Shown: positions 52,039-64,000 of the stretch, in pieces
Numbering within the stretch: the first letter of the stretch is position 1
How the letters are laid out: every line of letters starts with the position of its first letter
NCBI RefSeq assembly: GCF_036321535.1
Contig: NC_087437.1
Coordinates: forward strand, 70,868,001-70,932,000
Length of the DNA: 64,000 bases
Origin: Camelus dromedarius
Lineage: Eukaryota
Direction of reading: 5' to 3'
Notes under the pieces: model-generated
Told to the model about the DNA's origin: nothing
Seen by the model: the letters and a program-made list of their open reading frames with translations, nothing else
The model's database searches: none
Position numbers and translations under genes: made by a program

Positions 52039-52052
52039 CCACTAGAGGGCAG
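52039..52052 (+). promoter_or_regulatory. CTCF core motif
   Basis: CCACTAGAGGGCAG matches CCASYAGRKGGCRS at all positions. Confidence 0.7.
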
Positions 52053-52409
52053 TAGGGATACACATATGTGCAACATATGGTCAATGTGGAAACATAGTAG
52101 CCATAGCTTTCCTGTGTATGAAAAATTCCCATTACAGTGTTGCTTCACTTATAATTATATTGAAAGTAAACACTAATTCACAGACGGACTACGCATATTT
52201 TATTTCAACATACCCCACTAGTGTTTTGTCTACTCTAGTTTAAAATGCCCTGAGTAATAAAACTTCCACTACTTCCCTTGGGAAGCTGTATCAAACCCCA
52301 ACTGTTTTCACTGCTTGAATTTTTTTCAGTGTGCTCAGGATCTATCAGTCCTCCCTCAAGTTCATTGAGAACTCTATCATGTACTCCCTTTTGCCTTACA
52401 GTACAGCTA

Positions 52410-52495
52410 GTTCAACTCTGGAAAGCAAATGTTTACGGAGCTCCTACTACGTGTCAGGCATCACTAAGTGAACACATGGCCCCAGCTCACAAGGG
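52410..52495 (-). mobile_element. L2 3' end
   Basis: gcaaatgtttacggagctcctactacgtgtcaggca. Confidence 0.75.
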
Positions 52496-54139
52496 TTGCA
52501 TTAGATGGATTTGTGTGAGTCAGGAAGCTAAAGGAGAAGCTCTCCCAGGTTAAACATCCAAAGAAAAGTGGGTCTAAGTCCTAAAGTGAGTGGAATACAT
52601 AAAGCTGTCACAGCTTGGGGAAATTTTTATTTGTGCTTAGGTTTCTGTATCAGAACTCAAAAGGGATTACAAATGCATGGTAGGTGTGCAGTGAGGTGTG
52701 CAGCTGACATGGCAGTGGGTTCGAGCAAGGAAGTGACCTGGACATTTACTAGTGAAGGTTTGCTCCTTCTTCCTTTTTGCTGCTGGTTGTTAGATTAGCC
52801 TAGAAGCTTCAGAACCTGTACAGGGGCTCTTTATAGGAGGCTAGGAAATGTGTCTGTGAGTCCCCCCAAGGTAGCAGCACCTTCCTATAGATCATGTTGG
52901 ATTGTCTGTTTTCTATCATTGGCTTTCTGGGTCCAATCTTGGTCTCGTTACACAATGGGAAAGAGGTCCAGGTTCATGTGCAATACTCTGGTTTGCATCA
53001 TTAGTTTCTTGGCATATACTTTGATTATTAAGTATCTGAGGGGGAGGGTGGAAGAAACCCAAGCCAAGAAAGTTCCTTTAAGGCTAAAACTCACAATTAC
53101 ACAGTTGTTAAAAAGTCCTTTTTTCCTTTACATTAGAGACGTAGCGAGATTTCTTGCTCTATTGGGTATATTCATCTGGAAGGATTCCCATAAGGCTGTC
53201 CTGATCACCAAGAGCAATCCCCAAATAGACATGTATGCAAACAAGAACTGCTCAGACTCCAGGAGCAAAAACTGAATGTTGTATAAATTCTAGAAATGAT
53301 ACTGACTGTTTTTTTTATTAACATCCTTTGCGCCTCTGTAGAAAGTAACCTATTCTCCAGAGTTTTTGAAATAAAGTGCTTCCCTTTGCCAATTAAGAGA
53401 GGGAGAATGTGGGTTCATAGACTGTCTTTCTTTAGGAAAATAGTAGGAAAGGGTACAGAATCTAAACAATACCTTAGCCCAGGTTTTCTGTAGCAGACAA
53501 AGCTTAGATTTGAAACTTATGGCACCTATAATAAAATCTACATGGTATTTTATATAGAAGTAATTAAGTGCAAATGTTCAACAGCCATTTTTGTGTTTTT
53601 GTTTGTTTCAAAATACCAGAGGTGATTAGGCCATATTATGAACTAATTACTTACTTAATTTATTTAAGTTGAAACGAGTTTTTGAGTTATACAAGGGCCA
53701 AAACAAGAACTCATTAATCCTTTCTGCACATCACTGAAAGGAAGGAAACAAAGAAGTTAACGCCTTTATTTTATTGTGTTACAACACACCAATATTTTGA
53801 GCACTGATGAGGATTCAAGTGGTCAAAACATCTGTATTTGGTAAGAAAATAAAACAAACTCTTTTTCCCCCACCATTTGGTCCTTTCAGTGGCGTGCTGA
53901 AATTCAGAATGAATTACCAATGGTACTAAAATGGCATGTCTTTCTTTGTACATTTTCCTATGGAAAGTTTAAAGGACACTTCACACGTATTTGAAAACAG
54001 AAAACAAATAACCTACTAAACTCAATCTGTTCTTAAATTTGGAAGTTAACCACAGTCATTCTGGAGCTTGGGACTCTGGGCACTGAGTTTCAAACCAGAG
54101 CCTATTTTGGTGTTTTGGTGGTTGAGTTATAACCTGCTG

Positions 54140-54380
54140 AGAAGAGGGACCGCCGGTGTGCAGTGACGGTAGCTGCCTGTGGGACGGCAACACAGCTACT
54201 GAAGTCAAACCAGTATGTCCTGCTCACTGCCAGCCAGCCCAGGAGGCCGGAGGCTCCGGAGACCGGCTCCGTACTGTAGGGCAGAGGAGGAGCTGTCAGC
54301 CCTCTGCGACTGGGTGGCACCCTCCGCCTCTCTACGCGGCCAGGTTCTAGAAGGAGAGAAGGGGAACCCGGTACACCCAT
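54140..54380. promoter_or_regulatory. Small CpG/GC-rich island (candidate internal promoter or exon)
   Basis: 13 CpG counted in ~230 bp against a CpG-depleted background. Confidence 0.5.
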
Positions 54381-55202
54381 GGAACCAAAAATAAAAGAAA
54401 ACCAAACCAAACCCAAGATGTTGGGAGCGAATTGAAAATGTCAGAGAATATTTACGATGAGATTACCTGCTCTACTGTTTCATCCTTCATCTTCCAGGTT
54501 CTAGTCCCTCTTTGCAGTTAGTTTGTAAAGTATTGCCAAAGAATTCAAATTATGGTGTTGCTGATCACCCTGATCAGGTGCTTGATATTATTGTCTCACT
54601 GAATTGGTATTTTTATATATTCTTTTATGACATGATTCTCACTCACTACCTGAGGCAAAATTTGGGCATGTGATCACCTCCTAAATCACTGGCTATCCTA
54701 CATATGGGCAAAGTCTAGACTCAAGTGTTTTACAAAGGGGTGGTGGCTCAAGCTTTAAAGAGTTACAGGTTAACTTGTTTCCCATCCCCTTGGCAACTGG
54801 GGTGACCCGCAGTGGAAGCAGGCTTCTCTTCTCCCACAGGAAACATGAAGAGAACATAATCTGTGATTTTCATACCTCAAATGAGTGTCACAAGGAGTTG
54901 GTGAGCTATTCTGCAGTCTTACATTCAGAGAATGCTTTTAGAATTAGCATCTGTTTGGAAGACAGTACTGGGAAGAGCACTCGTGGCTGATCTGAGGAGT
55001 AGCGAACACTGCCCTTGTCCCTGCACCACAGTGGCTGTGGCAACACGCCTGACATGACATTAGTGAGGCCTGTGCTCTAATTATTTTGCCCAGGGGCTCA
55101 GATGCATTGGTCCTAACCCCTATGATCTCTCTTGACAGCTCTCCATTTTAACCTAAATTAGAATCTTTGACTCAGAAGTAGAGTTTTTCTCTATACCAAG
55201 AA

Positions 55203-55265
55203 ATTCAGTCATTGAACACATGTTTATTGAGCAAGTGCTAGGTGTGACTCACTATGCTGAGCCAC
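55203..55265 (-). mobile_element. L2 3' end
   Basis: attcagtcattgaacacatgtttattgagcaagtgctaggtgtg. Confidence 0.75.
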
Positions 55266-55349
55266 CTTACTTGTATGAGAACTGAATTTGTGCCATTAAC
55301 CTCTTTGAACCCCTGTTATAACCAAGAAGACCAACCAGACAAAATCGGA

Positions 55350-55470
55350 GCTTTCAATTTGAAAAGAGTCCTTCACTATATAGATTAAGGCATTCAGGCC
55401 TAGACGGTTCAGTCATTTTGCTCAACTCAACACATCAAATTAGTATTGAGAGCCAGAACCAGAGCTCCAA
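55350..55470 (-). mobile_element. MIR fragment
   Basis: tatagattaaggcattcaggcctaga...cacatcaaattagtattgagagccagaaccagagctc. Confidence 0.6.
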
Positions 55471-57087
55471 GGTGCTGCTCATCATCACTCTGATGTTCTG
55501 TCCCCGTGTGTCCCTCCTCTCCTGGGTCAAAGGGCATGAGCCAAGCAGATGTCAGCCTCACATCTCAGCATTGTCAGGATTAAATTCAAGGGGCTGAGCT
55601 ACCCAGGCTTTAGTGTGTTTGATCAGTAGGAAGATGCTATGAAAATTAAGTATCGTAGTCAATATTGCTGCATGGAAGGTAGAGTCCGGTCAGTATGTGA
55701 CGTTGTGAGTCTTTTAACACAATGAGAAGTTTTTCTCTGAGTCTAGACAATAACCCCTGGCATTTTTCTCATATCCTCTTTCTTCTTGGGCACCTACCAG
55801 TTTCTTTAGTTCAGTTAAACAGTGACATCATGACATAAAGCTTTGCCAGGTTCAGTAATGTCACATCCCAAGGCCTTCTTTAGGGTGAGATTGTCAAATT
55901 GGGGTTGAGGGAAAGTAAGTCTTTAGGTAGGAAGTATTCTTAAATAATTAAAGAATTTCTGCTCAGAGAATGATTTCAGCTCTTCTAAATAACATCAAGC
56001 CACACTGATTTTTCCTTGGCAAGTGATAGTCACTATCTGAGTAGTCCGTCTCTAAGGGAACATTTGTGAAAGCGATGGGTTCCCAGTTGGTGTTATAGAA
56101 ACCTATTACATCTATGGCTAAAATCCTGGAGAAAGAGAAAAAGAAAAAAGAAAGGGAACAGAAATGTAAAAAAGAAAATAGAAGAGAACCCTGGAAAAGG
56201 AATTATAGATGACTTTAGTTTTAACTGAATTTTTAATAATACACATAAATTGCTCCTATTCACTTATATATAATAATCCTGAATATATATTTTTTAAAAA
56301 ATGGCCCCACTTTACAGAAATTAAGATACAGGTATTTACCAACATATTCAAAGGCATAAATCATTTTAAAAGCTTTTTATTTTTTTTATGAGGGACAGTA
56401 AGCTAAAATACGTTGTCAGAGCCTTTAGCCCTGCAAGCAACACTCTTGCATCACAAAATCTCCTGCAACTGAATTGAAACTCTTCAAAATATAGAGGAAA
56501 CCAAGCTCATAAGGACTAAATCACCCAGACTCTGGGAAAGTGAACCCTGGATTTTCCTCTAATTCCTCTTCTCCTCTTCACCGTGCTTCTCCCCACCATC
56601 CAGATCTTTCTTGCGTTTCCAGCTTCCGTTTTGGTAACCCATTTTGATTACCCATTCATTGTTAGATTTCATAAAGCGAGACGGTTGTTGGCATCCATGA
56701 TACCCCTTCACTTCTTAGATGTTACTTTTATTGAAATATTTGAGTTTAGATCAGGAAAGCTGAGAGTATATCCTTAGATGGACTGATAGAGAAGAGACCT
56801 GTTAATACACGTTGTCGTCAGTGGCACTCAGTAGGAATTCACAGCTGTGGGTGTTGCAAGCCATATGCCTTTACCTGCTCATAATCTGCTCGCTTCTTTT
56901 GTTCTCTCTTAATGAGATGGGGAGTCATTTTCATGTAAAGCTGTGGATGGTCACATGGTTTCTCAGCAAAGAAGCTACTACACACACAATTTAGATACAG
57001 AGGGAAATGAAGAACAAGGCTTCATGTAACTTTACATAGTCAACTTAAGCTGTTAATACATCAGGCTACTGGGAAGAAAACAGCAAC

Positions 57088-57315
57088 CGTGTGGTAGCGT
57101 AGCTTTGGAAGCAGATAATCCTGAGTTCAAATCCCAGGTCTTCCAATTCCCCTCTGTGTGACCTTTGTTAAATTAATTTTCCTCTCTGAACTTCTCTGAT
57201 CCTTAGTTCTTGCCTCTGTAACATGGAGATGATAACAATTGCTGCAGAGAGAGACATGACATAGGCAGTCCACACATGTAACGGTGGGAGAATTTCTGGT
57301 GCCTCTGGCCCCAGC
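57088..57315 (+). mobile_element. MIR SINE
   Basis: gctttggaagcagataatcctgagttcaaatcccagg...ctgtgtgaccttt...ctgtaaacatggagatgataaca. Confidence 0.9.
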
Positions 57316-57359
57316 GTGCCTACTCTCAGCACTCCAGTTTGGCCAGTAGTTTCTTATGA

Positions 57360-57830
57360 GCATATGGTTATAAGAAAAACCCCACTGGGTAAGCCCATGG
57401 GCCTCTCCACCCAGCATTCACCTTCTGATCACAGGGCCAGGAAATTGCTACATAAAACACAACAGTTCTTTCCTAACTTCAAGAATTGGAGTTGCTTTCC
57501 TCCAGACATCCGAGTTTCCCTGAGTAAACCACCATAGACTTTATTATCTATGAATTTAGCTAAGCCTTTGTGATACTATTTCTGTTATCAACCTTTAATG
57601 AATTTTATAAGTTTACTGCCTACTGTATAAAGCGTGTTTTTTAACTTTGTCTTAAATCATTTCTTTTAAAGAGTAATGAGATGATTTTGAATTCACATAT
57701 ACTAGACTTTGATAAACAAATCCGTAGTATTCACCTTACCCAGGCCCTTCATTTTTTATAGACAAGTATCATATCCCTTCCTAGATTTGATCACTATAAA
57801 TGGAAATCTTCATCTTATATCACAATCATT
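57360..57830 (-). mobile_element. Possible ancient CR1/L3-type LINE fragment
   Basis: ggcctctccacccagcatt and gaattttataagtttactgcctactgtataaag...tttgtcttaaat resemble antisense CR1; very diverged. Confidence 0.4.
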
Positions 57831-58679
57831 TTCATTGAATCTGAGTTTGTCCTGTTCTTATTTATTTATGTGTTTATTTGTTTGTTTACTGAAGTGCTTC
57901 ATCCAGAAACAGGGTCCCACAAATGGGCTTCTGTTACCCTCTACTAGAGTTGGTATCACTTCACTCTCCCCTCCCTCTGTCAAAATTAAATCCGAAGTAC
58001 GCTCTGGGCTCAAACCAGAATGATCTTAATGTGAGTGCAATTGTATTTGAGCCAAGGTTCAGCTTAGAGGCAGCTGGCAAAATGTTCAACGAACAGGACC
58101 AAAAGGAAGAATCATAACAGAAAATGTGATTCTGTCTGTGACAAAGTGAGAAACTTGCCTTAAGGGAAAGGTAGAGACAGAAATTTTTACTCATTTTGGA
58201 GACCCTCAGGAAGAGGTCCAAGGCAATTGTTCCCTATCGTTTGTTCCATTGGAACTGGACCTTGAACTTGGAGCACTAGTGGGTCCAGAACCAAGTCTAA
58301 GTTGGGCCGGCTGGCCTGTGTTGCAGTGAGAGGCTGGGCCTTCCATTTTGACAATTCCAGCAGAAATCTGCAACTAAGCCTAAACCTGCTTACCTCTACA
58401 TTAGCATCACCAGCACGAAGTAAGACGTGAACTTTCTGTGACTCACTGTGAGTGGGTGGCAACCTACTGTGGAGGCAGTCGCTGAACCGAAGGTTGACGC
58501 CCTGGTGAGAAATCCCTGCAGGTAGCAAGCAATACAACCAGTCAGCACTGAGATGGAAGCTCCCGGTCCCCCTCAGCTTAGTCAGAGCATTTCCTGCTTT
58601 GTTTCTAATCCTGTTTCTAAGGATATTTGGCACATTGTTTGGCCTGTACTTGGCACCACAGTCTCCAGGAATTAAGAAT

Positions 58680-58880
58680 GTCTTACGTTTGCACAGTGCT
58701 TTGGAGAACACTTTAACATAGATTGTCCACTTGTGCCTCTCAACTCTATGGTAACTGTTCTTGTTCCCATTTTACAGATGAGGAAAACTGATTAAAGTAA
58801 GTTTGTGCGCAAGTGTAGCAAGTAAGTTGCAGAGCAACTTTATGATACAAAGAGTTGTGTCCTTCCTGTGTCACTACCAC
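58680..58880 (-). mobile_element. MIR SINE
   Basis: cccattttacagatgaggaaaactga core, with flanking cacagtgcttt and agtaagttgcagagc. Confidence 0.85.
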
Positions 58881-61227
58881 CGTGATAACCAGGTCCACTC
58901 TAAAAATGTACTTTCTTTCTTTTCCCCTGAATGTATTGTGTTAGACTTGCTTCTGCTTATGTTGATCGGAACTGTTTTGGACAGCAGCAAGGCTCATGAG
59001 ATCATCATAAAGACTTGGCCTTTAATACCCAAAATACCAATAACATAGAGATTTCTCCATGTTCTACACTGTCCACATCATGTGAAGAATGTTCAGTAAG
59101 CCTAGCATCAACCTTGTGTCTGGACATTCAATCCAGAAAAGAGGTCATTCATTTATCCCAAGCTTTTCTCCTTTTTCTGAACTTCCTCTCCATTAAAACC
59201 CCTCTCCCACCCCTTAATTCAAATGTACTTCAATATTTTAGTAACTCAGTATCCTTACATCTTTTGGTACCCTTCCCTTCCTCCTGAGGGGCAGAATCCC
59301 TGAATGATCTTAGTAAGTTCTGGAAAGCCTTAGCAGGGTAGATAAGGGGTAAAGATCATTGCATTTCAGCTCCCTGATCCATTACAGTCCTGCCTTTCCC
59401 CAGCGTGCAGAGCCTTGTGCTTTTTTTTTTTTTTTCTAACAGAATAAATTAAATATGAAAGAGAAGGACTAATGTAATTCAAATAAACATGTTAATGACC
59501 CTGTTTTTCCATTTGGTAACTAGACCGGATGTGGTGGAATGCCAGTTTTTTACTGAGCCTGTAATTTAAAACTTTCAACAAGGACACTTTTTTCCTCTTT
59601 TATTTCCATCCTCCACTCCTGCCCCCTTTTATTCTTACAGACACTCCTTACTGTCCAATTAGTTTTGGAACATGAAAACTGTCCTCATTGCTGCCTGGAG
59701 TCACTGGGGACCAGGGGTGGTTTATCTCTGTGGGGGGATGGCTTGGAAGTCTCCGGTTTCACTGAGATTACCCTGCCCAAGCTCTGTGCCGTCCAGGGGT
59801 GTGCATGAGGAGATGGCGTGCTTCACACACCTCCTCTCTGGCCCCAAGTCCCCATTGCGTGGATTTTTGATGTTTTGCCGGTACATGCTTGCTGCCCTAG
59901 GCTGTACCTTAGCATGTAGATTTGGAAATGGAAGCGCTTAGTGTGTTGTTAACCCTGTAAGTAGCCATCCGTTCCATCCAGCAGCATTTTTTTCTAAGAC
60001 TCAAAGTCATGTTCTGAGAGCTTGTTATTATCCAAACAACCCCTACCTGACTCAGTGTACCCCCAGATGACTCTGCAGTTTATTTCCTTCTCTGGCCCTC
60101 CTCTAAGCCACTTGTCTCCCCTGTACCCCGAAAGGAGTCATGTTCCCCAGCACCCCACACCCCTCCTCCAGAAAATGGACTGCCCGAAACGAAGTCCTCC
60201 CTCTCCTCCAGACTTCTAATTTGCCACCTGTCTGCTACATTCACCCTTCGTTGCTATAGACCCTGACTTTCCTCCAAACTGTGTTTGATCCCTGACTTTT
60301 TTCCCACCCCTGAAATGTGATGTCCCTTCGGCATTTTACCTGCTAGAACCAGCTCTCTTCTTTCTTTTACTTTGGTCACTTTCCAGCGTTTGAAGGAAAA
60401 CTTTTTGATCTGAACACATTTCTGTTTTTTTCCCCCAATTTACATGGGAGGGAGGGGTGGAGGGGAGAGGGGGCTCTGGCCCTGTTACTTCCTGTTTGTT
60501 TTTGTTCTGGAGAATGCAGACCATCTGTTTCTCTCCGAAGCTAGTCCACAGCCATCGTGCTGATTCTGACATTTAACTTCTTAGTTTTTCCCTCGTTTGT
60601 CTCTAAATAATTTTCTATTCCTCCTCCAAAAACTCCTAATCCCCTCATTAAATCTTTCTTCCTGAAATTTCTTATCTTAATAGTACCTCTGGATAGAGTT
60701 CCATCTCCATTAAGGCCAGGATTCAAATTAAATAAACAACAATGGGAGAGAAAAAGAGAGAGAGAAGGGACAGAGGAAGCAGTAGGCGAAAGAGAAAAAA
60801 AAGTAGGTTCACTTTTTAGAAATGGATTTTACTCATTCCCAGACCCAGCTCCCACGTCCTCAGATTCGTGGTTGAGCTACAGCCTCATCTGTCAGGTGGA
60901 CCTGCCTTTTTCTGAAGACACATCTGTGGATGTTGGGTCTCTCTAAGAGTAGTCCGAGAGAGTCCCTCCGGAGTTTTATTTTTGCAGCCACACAGATTTT
61001 GGTAAAGGTTCTACTTTTTCATTATAACCAAGATGGTTATTTCCCAGAACTAGTAGAGATCTCATTTTCCAGAGGGCTGTTTCATGAATCCCAACATATA
61101 GTCACCCTGCATAAAAGTCCTGTATTCTTTGTTGTTGTTGTTGTTGTTGTTCTCTCTCTTGAGTACTGGAACTATACTAAGCGAGTATACACGTAGATTA
61201 CCTTGAATCTGTACAACCCTTTGAGGT

Positions 61228-61540
61228 GTTTTTTTTTTTTAATTGAAGTATAGTCAGCTGACAATGTGTTAATTTCTGGTGTACTAATGTTTCAGCCTAA
61301 TGTTTCAGTCATACATATGCATACATATATTTGTTTTCAAATTCTTTTTCATTATAGGTTATTACAAGATATTGAATATAGTTCCCTGTGCTATACAGTA
61401 GAAACTTGTTTATCTATTTTATATATAGTAGTTGTTACCTGCAAATTTCGAACTCCTAATTTATCCCTTCCCACCCCCTTCCCCCACTATTATCCATAAG
61501 TTTGTTTTCTATGTCTGTGAGTCTGTTTCTATTTTAAAAT
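61228..61540 (-). mobile_element. Relatively young, 5'-truncated L1 3' end of cetartiodactyl type
   Basis: Poly-T then aattgaagtatagtcag...attctttttcattataggttattacaagatattgaatatagttccctgtgctatacagtag...tttgttttctatgtctgtgagtctgtttc. Confidence 0.85.
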
Positions 61541-64000
61541 CCTATATTCTGTGTTTCTTTTTCATGCAATTTCACCCACGAAGGTCTCAAAACAACTAGA
61601 TCCCCTTTTGGTAGCTGCCTCTAATGCCATCACAGATGAAAATTTAACTTTTTTATTAAACAGTTAAAGCAGCTGGTTCCTGAGAGGCAAATTCCCATCT
61701 TCGTTTCAGATGTCACTGTAATTTAGGACACAATATTTTCCCCATCCATATTTTTTTTAAAAAACAAAGGACTTCGAGTTTTTTTCCCTTTGATAGTTAA
61801 GGTAGAATTTAAACAGCTAAATGAATTCCAGGCTTCAAACTGCCAGCTAGTCCAAGTCTAAAAATGTACTATCAACAGTCCAGTCCTGGTAGTGGTGGCC
61901 TTCCCCGGCCACAAAACCAGCGTGACCTGTGGGCTTTCTGAGCTGCAGTTTTTGGTCTCCATCCCTGTTCCTTCGGCAGCTTCTGGTTCCTGCTGTAGTG
62001 CCTTCAGCCATGAACTTCCCGTTTAATCAGCCGTGTATGAAAATGGACCTGGTACAGTCAGCGATAGCTAGGCCAAAATCGATTGGCTATTTTTAAAAGG
62101 AAAAAAAGAGGGCAGAAAATTGCTGTTTTAATCTAGGTAAATCAAATCGTGCCTGCTTGCTTTCCACCTGTAGCTGAGTGTAGGCAGGAGCATTCCAATT
62201 GATGATAGCACTTCTCTGCGCTTCTTTATTCATGCTTATCCACTTGGGGTAACAGCGCCAGGATACCTTCAGAACTGAGTTTTCACATTCACGTGAGAAA
62301 GCTTGTGTTCTTTTACTCCTAGGGGAAAAAAAAATCTTCCCTTTTGCTTCCTCTTAGAAGATTTATTCAAATCTTATTTTATTTATTTTTTATTTTATTT
62401 TATTTATTGTCTTGAATCAAAAGCAGAATGCACTCAACCTTGCCTTCCTTTTCGTTATTTTTTTTTCCCTGCCATGAAATCATATCTGACTGTGACATCA
62501 CAGTGGGCTGCTTTGGGCAGCCTTGTGATGTATAAACGTGAGGACTGTCGGTGGGTTAACAGAGCACACCAGGAGGATGGGGTGCTGCCCTGCCACTAGA
62601 CAGTCCCTGCTTTAGGGAAGACGCAGACACCCACTTGGGAGGAGCTCTTTTTCCCACGGATTTTTTTTTTTTTTCAATTCGAGGGCTTTCTTTTTTTTTT
62701 TTTTTTTTTTAATACTTTACCAACCAGTGAAATTAATTTTTTAAAAGAACACTGTGCTTTGTTTTTCAAACTGCAAGGAGGGGATAGGGAGGTAGGAATG
62801 TGCTGGCAGCTTTGTTCTATAGCATTGATTTGTAACCACCAAAGGAAATGCCTACTTATGAGACACAAATCAATGCAACCAGACTGTGAAAGTGCAAACA
62901 GAGATGTGAGAAAATTATTCAATCGTTAGTCTTCTATGGAATTTAAAAACATGGGGTCTTTTGATTGTTCTAATACCAAAAAAAAAAAAAGTGGATAACT
63001 AGAAGAAAAGAAGGGAGGACAACCCGTTCTAATTCTGGCCAAGCTTTTCTCTCGTGACTATGGAAGGGTCAGGCAAGGTTATAAGATTCCTAAAAGATTA
63101 GCAACGTTGTGAATGAATTTCAGAACTCGTTAACCATGTCCTCAGATGCTGTCGTGGAAAACTGGTGGAAGACCAGTTTATGCCTGAACTTTTGCTGTGG
63201 TCTGCGTAAGCTTTGCTGCTGTCAGATTGACAGTTTCTTGTAAACTCTCTTGATCCAAAAATATAACAAGTAGCCCTAGCACTTCCAGAGTATTTGTATC
63301 ATGCAAGCACATTATAAAAATCAACAAGCAAGTCAAACAAGTGAAAACGTAACTCTAGGAAGCTAAAGATATTTATTTTGTAAAACTTCACCAGTTCAGA
63401 TAAACTGGGAAAGAGACATCAATCTGAATTGGCTAAAAGTTTGAATCATGGAAATTTTAATGTGGTTTGAACTCAGATTTCAAAGTGTTAACAAGTAGCT
63501 GTAACTTCAATAAATAAGAATTGTTGGTAGCATAGCAGATGTGTATTTTAAAATATTTTAAAAGTTTTCGTTTCCCCCTCCTATAAGTTAAACATGGTCT
63601 TCCTTTCTCTCCCTCCTCCCAGTCCCAACCCCAGCAATCTTAACACTGTTAGTTTACTTAGAAATCCTATTTTAAGAGAGAGAATAGGTAAATTTCAACA
63701 AAATCCCAATCCCAACTGTCACAGATTGCGGTTTACACTGATTTCTCCTTCAGGGGAGGGGGAAAAAAATCAGACATTACTTTTCTGAATGTGTAAGTTA
63801 ACATAAATGGCTTGACACATTTTTTTTAATGTTTTCCTAATGTCCAGTACAGCCAGAGCCCTGTTTAAAATCTAGGAAAAATTGGAAGTCCAGAGAGATT
63901 TTCTAACCTGACTATATACTTTTGCTTCCATCCCTGTCATGAAGTCAATTACCAAGACTCTCCTACCTTATCCTTAAAAATGTGCTATTTCTTTACTTCT

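Noticed and set aside
52872..52880. TAGCAGCAC, the 5' end of the miR-15/16 family
   Set aside because: Downstream bases do not match any family member and no precursor hairpin is evident.
58187..58711. Longest ORF (174 aa, - strand)
   Set aside because: Non-ATG start inside a MIR, no recognisable domain; length compatible with chance.
1..64000. Prokaryote-type systems (CRISPR arrays, operons, IS elements), tRNA/rRNA/snRNA genes
   Set aside because: The sequence is mammalian non-coding DNA; no repeat-spacer structure, gene-dense ORFs or structured-RNA signatures were recognised.

Overview
Mammalian, AT-rich, non-coding genomic DNA. I recognise no protein-coding exon, tRNA, rRNA or mature miRNA, and the ORF track is explained by chance ORFs and simple repeats. 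The background is ancient interspersed repeats (about 20 MIR SINEs, L2 and probable CR1 LINE fragments, an old L1M 3' end, MER5A and MER91A hAT MITEs, an MLT1 LTR) plus one younger L1 3' end at 61.2-61.5 kb of cetartiodactyl type. No Alu, B1/B2, Bov-A/tA, PRE-1 or CHR-2 SINE is seen, which points tentatively to a camelid-like host. The main structure is a CpG-poor, CT-microsatellite promoter at about 16.2-16.6 kb (homeodomain/TALE motifs, CCAAT box). It is followed by a probable non-coding first exon ending at a CAG|GTATGA donor (16965), about 10 kb without recognisable transposons, and several + strand candidate non-coding exons or internal promoters (19.5, 21.4, 23.5, 32, 40.5, 48.3, 54.2 kb). 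This looks like the 5' end of a long non-coding host gene or a long-5'UTR developmental regulator. MIR100HG is a low-confidence guess that I cannot verify from the window. Repeat boundaries were read by eye and are approximate. I found no support for a new multi-gene system; the findings are regulatory, splicing and small-ORF hypotheses.
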